From contig NC_042997.1 of assembly GCF_006345805.1 (NCBI RefSeq), positions 8,804,001-8,868,000 on the forward strand: 64,000 bases of DNA, given 5' to 3'. The first letter of the stretch is position 1. Every line of letters begins with the position of its first letter. Positions 1 through 10,849 of the stretch are shown piece by piece. The notes below the pieces were generated by a model. It made no database searches. It saw nothing but the letters and a program-made list of their open reading frames with translations, and was not told the DNA's origin. Source of the stretch: Octopus sinensis (lineage: Eukaryota). Both the position numbers and the translations under genes were made by a program.

Positions 1-200
1 TCCACCAGTGACCAACCCCAACTTTTTCTTACATATTTCAAATAATACATCCTTCCTTTTTTTAAAGACAGGAACACCTCATTTGAGGGAAATTTGGATA
101 CTGTTTCTAACAGGTAAACAAGTGTATTGCTATATACAGTCGTAGAGTTCAAATCTTGTCATCACCAGAACATGAACAGGGATAATCACACCTGGCTTAT
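1..200 (-). mobile_element. 3' body/tail fragment of an abundant SINE family
   Basis: Reverse complement resembles the tail at 19520-19710 (aaatctccctcaaat...gtcttaaaaaaggaagg...) and 30600-30790. Confidence 0.4.
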
Positions 201-259
201 TTGGCTTGACTATACCTCATAACTTCATGCATTATGGGATTGATCAGTCTGTTACAACA

Positions 260-570
260 AAGCCTGTCTACTGATATAGTTAGATGCTATATATATTTTA
301 CTGTATGATTTCTCAGCTGGTCATCTATAGATTTCATACCATGATTTACACTGCTTAATTGCACTCATAAAATTATTTCTATTTGCACAACAATGTTAAT
401 ACGCATTTTAACGATTCTACATTTCAACACACGTAACACTACCAGACAATTAGACATCTTTAATATGTAAATCTCAGGTCTTCATCTTTAATTATCTTAA
501 ATCAGCCAATTTTAGCAATGCTATTCGATTTTACCAACAGACAATCTATTAGTTTCTCATCATATTAGTC
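260..570 (-). mobile_element. Highly decayed LINE (RTE-like) apurinic-endonuclease region
   Basis: Minus-strand translation DEKLIDCLLVKSNSIAKIG*FKIIKDEDLRFTY resembles the APE domain (..L.I.NTWF......TY); many stops. Confidence 0.3.
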
Positions 571-1540
571 TGCTGTTAATGCTTCTCTCATTTTACTCCA
601 TTTGAAAGACAAAAGCTTTTCCCCCCATGAAATCAATAGAACTAATGTGAAAATCATTGTTTCTCAACCTGTAACACTTAAGTATTTGCTACATGACTTC
701 TACTTCATCAGTTCAACTAAATCTGCTATTAAAAACAAGAAAACAAAAACAAAAAAAAATTGTGTCTCTCCTGGATTTGTCTCCATTCTAATTCAGATTT
801 AAAATTAATCTCACTTGGCATAAAACAGAATTATTTCCTGCATGCTAACTGTGGTTTTATGTGTTGATGTTCCAGTATTAATCATATTTAGTTTGTCTGT
901 GCAGGAACAATCCTCTTGTTAAAGATAAACTTTTGCCTGATTACTTCTGAAAGCACAATACTCATGTAAATATTATTATCAAAAGTGTAATGGAGTGCAG
1001 AAATACTGGAACACCAGACTAAATATCTCACTGAATTTAGTTTGTCCCTGTATGCTTTGAGTTTAAATGCAGTATTGGATTCAGTTTGATGGAAGAATTA
1101 TTTTATTCACGAGTTTACAGTCCATATTTCTGTTTATTTATTTCATATAATAATTTACAAACAATAGCAGTATTGGTTATACATTTCCTATAGACTAATT
1201 ACTGCTTCACTGATTTCTGATGTTAATAGTGATAAGGGAAGGCCATTGTTTTGGGGGTTTTTTTTTCCACTAGTGTTTAAATACTTCACTGATATGCAAT
1301 GGTAAACGATATGTGCACACACACACATACACACACACACAGAGGTTAGTGAACATGAGTCTAAAAAAAAATTGTACTAAATACATAATGACATTAAGCA
1401 GAGTGTATGCGTGTACTTTATTAGAAGTGGAAACTATTTGATTGGTAACTTAGAGTTTCATGCAACCAATTACTTAAACAATTAGATTGCTTGAATAACT
1501 CAGTGACGTGAAAGCTATGATTGAAAAAGCTTCAGTATCT

Positions 1541-1720
1541 AATGATGATGATGATGATAATGATGATGATGATGATGATAATGATGATGATGATGATAAT
1601 GATGATGATTTTATGTACATATCCACATACAAACTTTCCGCATACTATCTCTCTCTCTCTCTGTATTTCATATATATATAGATATATATATATATATATG
1701 TATGTATGTATGTATGTATG
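1541..1720. repeat. Compound microsatellite (ATG)n, (CT)n, (AT)n, (ATGT)n
   Basis: Directly visible; explains ORF 1521..1721. Confidence 0.95.
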
Positions 1721-1909
1721 AATGTATAATCACAATGAGGATATTTAAACTGATTATAGTGATATTCTATCCAAGACAAACTGGTTTAATATATTTATTT
1801 TTTGAAGAGATATTTCTTTAATGAATATATTATCTAAAATTTAAAATATCAAACATTATTATCGAGTTAGTAAACAGGGATATCTAATGGAGAAAAATTA
1901 GCTTATTCA

Positions 1910-1971
1910 TTACTTGACATATACACCTACAATTGTTTCATTTCGCAGTTGTCGGTGAATATGTTAAGTAA
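1910..1971 (-). ncRNA. Degenerate hammerhead-like motif inside a long stem
   Basis: Minus strand reads ttacttaacatattcacc-GACAACTGCGAAAT-GAAAC-AATT-GTA-ggtgtatatgtcaagtaa. GAAAC / palindromic AATT / GUA is intact and closed by an ~18-bp stem; the CUGANGA box is decayed. Confidence 0.35.
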
Positions 1972-2390
1972 TCTATTTTCTAATTCGATAATATATATAT
2001 ATATAGGTTAGTAGAGTTGGTGGTTGGAATAACCATCTAAGGGATAATAATATCCGTTTTACTACAGGTATAAATTACCTATGTTAACCCTGGGCATACA
2101 TATGCAAGCATATTATGCTCATAAGATACACACAATAACAAAGATAAACAAGAGTTAATTAGGAATCAAATTCAAATTAAGCAGAAAATGGAGAAATCTT
2201 GATCAACAACAATTGAGTACCATCGATTATTATTTTTTAATACAAAACTTTATCCCATCTAACAGCCGTTTCTGCCTCCAATGGTGCACCGTGTTGCCAG
2301 AGAAGATTCTGAGGATAATATTCATCATATTTTGCAACACATCCAATCTGCAACATAGACCTTCATCAGAGTGGAAAATAAAATACATAA

Positions 2391-2717
2391 AATAAAAAAA
2401 GAAAAGCCTCGAGAGAAGGAATGAAGACTTAATATATTTAAATCATGCCATTTTCCAATGTAAAGCTTTGGGACATCGAGTAAATGACTAAACTAGAAAA
2501 TTGATGGCTTAATCTTTCTTTAGGGCTAAGGCACTTACTTTACTTTTTATCATTTATACACCCTGTTATCCCTAAAGAAAGATTAACCTACCAATTAATT
2601 TTCTAGTCTAGGTATTTACTCAACGGCCTGAAGTGTTACACTACAAAACGATATGATTCAAATATATTAAGCCTTCATTCCTCTTCTCAAGGCTCTTCTT
2701 CTTTCTTTTCTTTTATT
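2391..2717. mobile_element. Foldback / MITE-like element with ~140-bp imperfect inverted arms
   Basis: 2391-2529 matches the reverse complement of 2566-2717 (e.g. gaatgaagacttaatatatttaaatcat vs gaatgaaggcttaatatatttgaatcat; aactagaaaatt..ttaatctttctttaggg shared). Confidence 0.75.
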
Positions 2718-2938
2718 CTATACATTTTTCTTCACTCAGATAAAGCTACACGTTCGAGACCAGATGTGCTACAAAATATGACAAATATTATTCTCAGAAT
2801 TTTCTTTGGAGACATTAGAACCAGAAACAGCTGTTAGATGAGATGAAGTTTTGTATCAAAAAATAATAATCAAAGTTAGTCGATTGTTGTTGATCTATAT
2901 TTATCCATTTTCTTTTACCTAAAGCCAAGAACTTTTGA

Positions 2939-3070
2939 GCTTCCCAACCACATGGTTCTAGGTTCAGTTCGACTGCATGGCACCTTGGGCAAGTGTCTTC
3001 TACTATAGCCTCAGGTTGACTAAAGCCTTATGAATGGATTTCTTTGACAGAAATTGAAAGACGCCCGTCG

Positions 3071-3111
<41 letters not shown>

Positions 3112-3320
3112 TTGTGTGTCTGTGTTTGTCTCTCCACATCACTTGACAACTGGTGTTGGTGTGTTTACATCCTCGTAACTTAGTGGTTTGGCAGAAAAGA
3201 CTAATAGAATAAGAACTAGGCTTACAATGAATAAGTCCTGGGGTCAGTTTATTCGACTAAAGGCAGTGCTTCCACATGGCCGCAGTCAAATGACTGAAAC
3301 AAGTAAAAGAATAAAAGAAT
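2939..3320 (+). mobile_element. tRNA-derived CORE-like SINE (octopus OR2-type), 5' truncated
   Basis: ggttcagttc..ggcaccttgggcaagtgtcttctactatagcc core, internal (AT)(GT)n, and tail ..ggccgcagtcaaatgactgaaacaagtaaaaga; same family as 16013-16426. Confidence 0.85.
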
Positions 3321-3339
3321 ATATATATATATACACATA

Positions 3340-3490
3340 TAGTTATAAGGAGTAGGTCATCCCTATATAGACCTCCTTCTACGTTAAGATGTTATAACTC
3401 AAGTTCAGATAATAGGTATATTCGTACTAAATCTCTTATTTGTGCAGAGTCCGGGGCACCCATGGGTATAACAAAGCAATCCCTCTCTAA
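3340..3490 (-). pseudogene. PLE reverse transcriptase, motif B' through catalytic YRDD
   Basis: FVIPMGAPDSAQIRDLVRIYLLSELEL*HLNVEGGLYRDDLLLIT matches the PLE RT pattern F...MG..D.A...LV..Y.L..L......GLYRDD; YRDD codons at 3356-3367. Confidence 0.85.
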
Positions 3491-4087
3491 TATTATTAAT
3501 CTTAGAGAATTTTCAGAGTAGTTTCTTTTATTGATGTTATTCCCATTATACTTACCACAGGATAGAAGAGCAGCCATTTGCACAGGAAGAGAAGGAGTAA
3601 ACGTTATGTTGATAAGTATTCTTCCTTTGCGAATTTGGTTTACTAGATACATTTACTAGTTTTATTCAATAATTCTATAACGTATATAGAGGTTTTTATT
3701 TATAATTACTACTAACTTACGTTTGACATAAAAATGGTAATTTATACTTGTATAGAAAGGGGTAAATCTTATACTAAATTATTAATTCCCGTAATGTTTA
3801 TCTAGATAGGTAGTGGAATTTTGATGTGTTTATAATATAGTCGTTGAAGGTTTCTTTATGCTTAGCATTTTCTCGATACATCGGTATTTTATTTTTAGGT
3901 GTTTAATTTTATTAATCTTTATTAATTTGTTAATTTAAAATTTTTTTTTAATTATTTAATTTTTAAAAATATATTTGTAAGTTATATATTTTTATTATAT
4001 TCTTATTTATGTTATTTTTCTATTTAATATATATTAGAATATGTAGTTTTAACTTTGATCCATTAATAATAATAACAATTAAATAAA

Positions 4088-4170
4088 TAACCTGAGGACG
4101 CACAGGAGGATTTATGTAATAGGTATAGCCTGGAAAAACACACCACCAGCGCAGAAACACATGTAGTGTT
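4088..4170 (+). ncRNA. Hammerhead-like motif (extended stem II), degenerate
   Basis: CTGAGGA 4092-4098, stem cgcacaggagg..ccaccagcgca, GAAAC 4154-4158, ACAT, GTA 4163-4165; short stem I. Confidence 0.45.
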
Positions 4171-4504
4171 GATTAAAAATATCTTCTTTCACCACAGACT
4201 AATAACAGGTAAGGTATATATATTTTTCAAATAATTTATAAATAAGTTTTTTTAAATAATGTTATTATACTTTATAGTAGGTTTTAAAATATTTATATCA
4301 TTTTATTATATAGGATATAACTTTCTATATGCATTCCAGACAATAAAGGTGTCCTGAAATAAGAGTTGTGGGTCTATTTGTAAAATCCCAAATTTATAAT
4401 AATATTATAAATGATACTGTTTACATTGCATTAATAAAGTTTAAATAGTAAATGTCCTGATAACCTGGAATACTTGTTATCCCCTAAGTTTTTTTAAAAC
4501 TATT

Positions 4505-4522
4505 TATCTATACATATATATA

Positions 4523-4594
<72 letters not shown>

Positions 4595-4628
4595 TATATA
4601 CACATACGTATATACATACATATATATT
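4505..4628. repeat. (TA)n microsatellite at the centre of the inverted repeat
   Basis: Directly visible. Confidence 0.95.
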
Positions 4629-4819
4629 GTTATCATTATTACAAATTTAGGATATTTACCAATAGATAAGCAACTCCTATTTCAGGATAACCTCGTGGTA
4701 AGGTATACGCAGAGAAAAATTACATCAAATAAAATAATCAAAATAACATAGAATAAAATTAGTTAAATAAATATATATTACCTGTTATTAATCAGTGGGG
4801 AGAGAAGACAGTACAAGTA

Positions 4820-4902
4820 ATCACTACACGCGTTTCTGCGCTGGTGGAGTGCGTATTAAGGCTATACTTAAGACATAAATCCACCAGTGCGTCTTCAGGC
4901 TA
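4820..4902 (-). ncRNA. Hammerhead-like motif, inverted paralogue of 4088-4170
   Basis: Minus strand CTGAAGA-cgcactggtgga..tccaccagcgca-GAAAC-GCGT-GTA-gtg; the GCGU loop is self-complementary. Sense with respect to the EN ORF and downstream of it. Confidence 0.55.
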
Positions 4903-5649
4903 TGTATATTATTATTATGTATGGGTAAAAGTTAAAAATTAAGAGTTAAAAATCATATTAAAAATAAAAATTACAAATATATTTTTAAAAATATTAAACA
5001 CCTAAAGTACAATTAAGATATATATTGAAAATACTCTAGCTAAGGAAATTATTACCCATTAAATTAGAAACATATCAAATCTTGTAATATATCTAAATAA
5101 ATAATTATAGAAATTGATAATTTAGTGTAAAATATACCCCTGTCAATACTAGTATAATAAAATATATTTTATTTCAAATATGAACTAATAGTGTAGAATA
5201 AAGATTAATTAGTAAATACAACTACTTACGTTAGAAACTTATTGAATAAAAGTAGTAAAAAAGTAAACAAGATATATTACTTTGCGACATAATGTTTACT
5301 CCTTATAGTTCAAGTGCAAATGGCTGCTCCCACTGTCAGACGCTGAATATTATGGAAATTGGGTATAACATAAAATAAATAAAATACTCTGAAAAATACT
5401 CTAAAAATAAGAATATTATAAGAGAGGTTGAAGTCAAGGGGAGATAATAACTAGAAATAGGCTATAGTTGTAAATCTAGCTATAAATGGATTTTTAAAGT
5501 GTTGTAGATTTTTAGGTTTAATTGACATAAATGTGGCCTGTCTATTCATTTAAATTCTTAGATTTTAGTATATCCGTATGTAATACTACTATAAAGACTA
5601 TTAAAACATATGTGTGTGGAGATGATATGCTGGGCGGGGTGTTATTATT

Positions 5650-7015
5650 TTATATATTTTTAATTTTATTATACGTAAAACTATTCTTATGTCGGCATTT
5701 TATTCCTCTCTCTTCAGTACTGTTTAATGCTAACTCTCTCGACTGGAGTATTTTCATAAACTCTGTTGTACATAATAAACATGCTTTGTTACCTATTTTA
5801 TACGACTTAGCTCTACAAATAATATATAAATTAAGGGTGTATTCTATTTTATTAGATTTTAACTCCCATATGTATTTACTTAGACCTGTCCATTTTTTAA
5901 TTTGGGATTTTTGAAAGACTGATAATGCCAGGAAATTCTTCTTTTAATTTCCTTCGCTGTGGTCCCAATATATTCTTTATTATTATCATTATTATTATTA
6001 TCATTATGATTATTATTATTATTAGAGGTTACTATATATTTATAAATTACGTTATCTAGGTTGCAGTTAGATCATACCTACATTTAGATTTGTCTTTACA
6101 TGTGCATTTATTTAAAATTCGGTAATGTTTATTGTTTGTGATAGTTCTGCTGTAGCTATGGTTAACATTAATTAAATAATTATTATAGAATTTATTTAAT
6201 TTGAAATTGCTTATTGAGGATATAATATTACTTATATTCCTGTTGTAGAATAGTCCACTCTGATAGTTTATTGGAGAATATTTTTGAGTACGTATTGTTC
6301 TTTTTAAAGGATGTTTTTATTATGTTCAAAATTTCTTTAATAATATTAGTTTTAATTTGGTCTCCATAAGGGATAATTAGCCATATAATTTCCTTATTAT
6401 GTATATTTTTATTGTTATTATTATTATTATCATCTTATTGTAATTATTATTATTAGTTTTCATCATTATCAGTGTATTCTTCGTGGGTATATAGTAATTA
6501 TGCTTATCATATTTATTCAAATTATTTTTAGTATTATCCTTACTATAATTATTAGTATTATTATTTTTATTTAGACGTATATTATAATTATCTTTATTTA
6601 TTTCCTTATATTGTTAATTATTATCATTGCTACTACTTCTATAGATGGTTCGGGAGTTAGGATGATAACTAGTATTGTTATTGGGTCCGTAATTTTTAAA
6701 AAATTAAAATTTTTAATTATAGCCTGCTTCTTTTAATGCATTATTATAGTAAGGGGCATGTGTATTGAAAGTATCAATATCCGAGGATATCATAGAAATT
6801 CTTTTATCTATATTGTCTATTAATGCTTTTTTAACTGAGCTAGAATGGTTACTTATGGAATGGGTGGATTTTATTAGTTACCAAGTTTAGGTTTGCATCT
6901 AGAATGTTCTTTCTCTATAGAGATATCTAAACCATAATTCTTAAAGAATTTGTATAATTTTTCTTTATGTTTTCTAATGATCTATTGGTGCAGTTTCTAG
7001 TTATAAGGAGTAGGT
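5650..7015 (-). pseudogene. PLE RT C-half, thumb, CxC linker and GIY-YIG endonuclease (frameshifted)
   Basis: In order: LLLITRNCTNRSLENIKK / KLYKFFKNYGLDISIE / LDANLNL / NHSSSVKKALIDNIDKRISMISSDIDTFNTHAPYYNNALKEAGYN / IWLIIPYGDQIKTNIIKEILNIIKTSF / CTCKDKSKC / NVIYKYIVTS / KEYIGTTAKEIKRRISWHYQSFKN / TGLSKYIWELKSNKIEY..CLLCTTEF..LN..E..IKCRHKNSF*. Confidence 0.9.
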
Positions 7016-7078
7016 TGTTTAGTGTATTAAGTTTATCTATATATTATCTAATATAAGTTTAAATATACACACACACAC

Positions 7079-7112
<34 letters not shown>

Positions 7113-7204
7113 TATATATATATATATATTATATATATATATATATATATACACATACAAACATATATAGATATATATATATACATATACATAGTTAATC
7201 CAAA

Positions 7205-7377
7205 TAAGAAAACACAAAAAACACAGCAACGCGAGGACGTGGAACAAATAAAGTATTATTGGACGCTCAGGAAAGAAGGGAAGGAGGGTTTAACGTTTCG
7301 AGCGGAGCTCTTCGTCAGAAACAAAGGGGAAGGAAAGACAGAGGAAAAAAAATTGCTGGCGGTGCTCACAAGGTCAC

Positions 7378-7380
<3 letters not shown>
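7205..7380 (-). mobile_element. Short PLE pseudo-LTR-like repeat between (TA)n tracts
   Basis: Contains the minimal HHR below; an inverted second copy lies at 8010-8175. Confidence 0.7.
7288..7322 (-). ncRNA. Minimal type I hammerhead ribozyme, core intact
   Basis: Minus strand GUUU-CUGACGA-A-GAGC-UCC-GCUC-GAAAC-GUU-AAAC: 4-bp stem I, 4-bp stem II, palindromic AACGUU in place of stem III. Confidence 0.75.
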
Positions 7381-7419
<39 letters not shown>

Positions 7420-7469
7420 CAAATTTACAGAAAAACAAAAATCAAAGATAGGTGTAGTAACAACAAGCA

Positions 7470-7590
7470 GGAGTATTAAGTTAAACACTCGAGAAAAATG
7501 GAAAAGTCTTTTATGTTTCGAGCCTATGCTATTTGACAGAAAGGAATAAGAGGGAAAATAGGAGAGAGAAAAACTGCGTAGAGTTCAGTG
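7470..7590 (-). mobile_element. Related pLTR-like fragment with decayed HHR (7508-7543)
   Basis: Minus strand CUUU-CUGUCAA-A-UAGC-AUAG-GCUC-GAAAC-AUA-AAAG. Confidence 0.5.
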
Positions 7591-7619
7591 GATCAATATG
7601 GTGAGATGACTAATGGACT

Positions 7620-7870
7620 CTCCCATCAAAGATGACATACAAGTGTTCGGCTTTTTTGGCAAGTTACCTACACAATTGATTTGCTTATAGTGATCAAATG
7701 TTCATACCACACATTATATCATTCTCTCCCTCTCACCGACATCGTCTGAACAGGTGCACAGTGTATCACATATCAAGTGTCAAAGTGATCACATAGCAAC
7801 GGAAGATGAAGTGTTTTGCTCGAGAACACAACACACCACCTGGTCTAGAAATTGAAATTGTGATAATTGT
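7620..7870 (-). mobile_element. SINE remnant
   Basis: gaagtgttttgctcgagaacacaacacaccacctggtc matches the block shared with SINEs at 34170-34260 and 46930-46990. Confidence 0.55.
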
Positions 7871-8009
7871 ATATCAGTATCACTGCCATATAAGAAGTAC
7901 TATTTGTCTTCAATCTTCCAGCCAGGGGAAAATATTGCCGTTCTTGGAAACAGACAACAGTTGGCTGCATGAAGAGGACTCCAGGATTATGTGACAGTGT
8001 GTGTATTGT

Positions 8010-8175
8010 TGGTAATTTTCTTTCTCCGTCTTCCCTTCCTTTTCCTATGTTTCTGACGAAATGCTCCACTCGAAACGTTAAAATCCTCTTTCTTTCTTTC
8101 CTTTCCTGAGTGCCAAATAACACTATACTTGTTCCACATCCTCACGGTGTTGTGTTTTCTCTTTGTTCATGTTTT
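8010..8175 (+). mobile_element. Second copy of the 7205-7380 repeat, HHR at 8049-8083 with broken stem II
   Basis: gttt-CTGACGA-a-atgc-tcc-actc-GAAAC-GTT-aaaa, then ttccacatcctcacggtgttgtgttttct..gattaacta(TA)n. Confidence 0.7.
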
Positions 8176-8178
8176 GAT

Positions 8179-8224
<46 letters not shown>

Positions 8225-8479
8225 AATAAAATGTTAAGAGTATGTGTCAAAAACTTATAACACATACAAACAATTAGTGCTCAGACTGGATGTGATGCCT
8301 AAACCAACATTAAGTAATGTGAAATGCAATCCAAGGAAATTGGGTTTGGCTATAGATTATTTACTGATCATTCCACATGCTATTTCCTTGCCTTAACCAA
8401 TCTAAATTTGTTACATAGTTTCCAGCGAACCATTCTGGTGATATTATCATGTCTTCTTTTGTATTCTATCTGGGTCAAT

Positions 8480-10830
8480 TTGCTGCATTCACTTGAAATA
8501 TGCCATATTGTCTCTCCAGTTCCACCTCACACTCTACTCTTCTCAGATTCTGAAGAATGATTAATTCCTATGCTTGTGGCAAGTTTGTTGTCAACACTTG
8601 TTCCTGTGATACACACATCCATCTTTTATCAGAATCTGTGTCCCTTGGTATTTCTATGAAGAAGTGACTGTGCATCTTCTTATCCCTCCAGATGTGTTCC
8701 TCTTTCTTGCTGTCTTTATTTTGTATGTCATCTTGACTGATTTCTCTATGCAATAAAACCATGTTCTTTACTTGTACAAGTAGTGCTTCCTTTGCATTCT
8801 TTGTGTACAAATCAGTATTGTTTCCTTCTGATTGAATACAATCCTCACAACTTATCAGTTCCTACCATCCTTTCTTTCTTGTCGGGCATCGCTGTCAACA
8901 TCAATTTTCTGGTGGAATTTATCATGTATTGTCAACAGTTTCCTTGTTTTTAAGTTCAAAGATTGTAGTTCTTCTTTTGCCATCATAACACTCCTACTCC
9001 TTACGCCATGGGAGTAATTACCCATGAATTTATTATTCAGAACTTATTCCTTTCTCTAAGTTTGGTCTTCAAAGTCAATCCCAGCCTTCTGTAATTCTCT
9101 GGTGTGGGTATTTTCTTCATTTGGTTTTCCACCAGTTTGTTTACATCCTATGTCCAGATACTTGTATCTTTCTGTTCAACTCTCTTCATTACCTCTCCTT
9201 CTCAATATCCATTTGTTGGACTTCTCCAGTTTTTAGGATCAACACATCACACCTTTACAGCTCAAAATTCTATTCTATATGCAAATTAAAGTATTGTACT
9301 GAACAAATCAGTGAATCCAGCTTGTTTTCAACTTTTTCATAAAGCTTTAGGTAATCCATAAAAAGTAGATGTTTTTTCGTATCTTTTCTTTCCCTGAAAT
9401 CATATACCCAGCTTTTGTGTTTCTCAAAATCAAAGCTAGCAACATCATACACAAAACAAAAAGGTATAGTGACAGCTATATCCTTGGCAGATTCTCTGTT
9501 TCATTTTTATAAAGCCTGAGATGTTGCTCCCATGTTCATCCATTCATACTTCTACTCAATAAGCTCACAGTAATTGAGCAATTCCAAATATTTTCAAGCA
9601 ATCCATAATCCACAAATGTGGAACCATATTGTATGCTTTCAGGTAGTCTATTTATGCCATCCCTAAGTTCATTTTGTACTTTTTGCAGTCTCTCAGTAAT
9701 TACTCTTTGGCTCCTCTCCACCCAAGTTAGCACCCTTTTACCCCTCCAAAAAGATGTTATCCTGGTCCATGAAGTCATACATTGCATCCACCAGTTTCTC
9801 ATTTAGCAGTTTCCACATGACGGGCTGACAATATATTGATCTGAAGTCATCAACAGCATTTCTCTTTGTTACTTCTTTCTGACATGATACTGTTCTATCT
9901 CTGGTCAACCAACCTGAGATTCTGAAATTTCTGTGTGCTCTTCAAGAAATATGCATAATTGTTCCACAATCTTTACATGATATTCAGCCAATTTTTTCAC
10001 CCAATACTCATGAACTTCATCTAAGCCAGCTTATCTTGCTACTGGGATACTCATCTTTCTACCTACACTTTGACCATCTTCCTCACTCATCTCAATGTCT
10101 TCTTGCAGAGAATTTATAATAGTTTCTTTTAAGTTGCATAGCCAATCTTTGTTAATGCTGCGTGATTCCTCTTACTTCATATTTTATTCCAAAATCCTTG
10201 ATTTACTTCTATATTTGGGATGCATGCATCTTTATCAGTTTCTCTGTTTATTTCCTGATAAAATTTTTTCTGCCTTCTTTGTTCTATATTGTTCGATTCT
10301 CTGCTAATATTGAGTGATTTTCTGCTCTCTTGGCTTTAACATGCTGATATAGTTCCTTGATTACTACCAGTAACCCTGTGGAATCAATATCATACTTTTG
10401 TTTCAGCATGTCATGCTTGCAATGATTCTGCAGTTCTCTTTTCCTATGCTATGTCTAATACTCACAGATCACTCGGTATCCTTTTTTTTTGTATCTCCAA
10501 GGATTCTCATCTTCCACCATGGTTCAGTGTTCATCCTTTTGTTCTGTCAACTTTCATTACTTAGTTTCCATCTTACTTCAAATCCCATATTTCATGTCAA
10601 AAATATACTTGCTGCCTTTATTAGTCTATAAGTTTCAGTGATATTGTTTGTGTGTGTATACTTTAAAATCTTGTTTGATTTTCTTGTTTGTTACTTCAGT
10701 TTCCATTAGTCCACTTCTTCAAAGTTGCATTCCACTCCAAAATTCTCCTTCTATTCATCAGTGATACGAGAGTACATTGTTGGTATTCTGAGAAGATTGA
10801 TTTGTATCTCTTTTATAATTTGAGGAGGAG
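8480..10830 (-). mobile_element. R4/Dong-like (RLE-type) non-LTR retrotransposon remnant
   Basis: Minus frames give NNITETYRLIKAAS, HLLFMDYLKLYEKVENKLDSLICSV (RT YxDD region), HQKIDVD..RKKGW (LHP..D.DRLY..RK.GGRGL-like) and WRDKKMHSHF..SQEQVLTTN. Many stops and frameshifts. Confidence 0.8.
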
Positions 10831-10849
10831 TATTTACCTATTTATTTAC

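Larger units (their letters stand above)
3340..7015 (-). mobile_element. Penelope-like retroelement (RT + C-terminal GIY-YIG), decayed, circularly permuted composite
   Basis: RT and EN motifs on the minus strand (next two entries), an internal inverted ~0.8-0.9-kb repeat, paired HHR-like motifs, and an 18-bp direct repeat TAGTTATAAGGAGTAGGT at 3340-3357 and 6998-7015. Clade not assigned. Confidence 0.85.

Noticed and set aside
1420-1520. Promoter-like cluster (gattgg, ccaat, tgacgt)
   Set aside because: Short motifs expected by chance, with no downstream gene or other support.
5531-5914. Plus-strand ORF containing YVCGDDML, similar to the hepacivirus/pestivirus RdRp motif C (5612-5626); considered as an endogenous RNA-virus element
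   Set aside because: No motif A or correctly spaced motif B, and most of the ORF is the antisense of a clear GIY-YIG frame. Best explained as chance.
3340-7015. Mitochondrial insertion (NUMT) or parasite organelle DNA, suggested by the extreme AT richness
   Set aside because: Translations give PLE RT and GIY-YIG motifs, not respiratory-chain proteins or rRNA.
3340-7015. Naiad/Chlamys-type PLE (N-terminal endonuclease, selenoprotein variants)
   Set aside because: Within 5650-7015 the endonuclease follows the RT thumb directly, so it is C-terminal. The apparent permutation is a break inside RT, not a domain-order swap, and the stops are mostly TAA/TAG decay.
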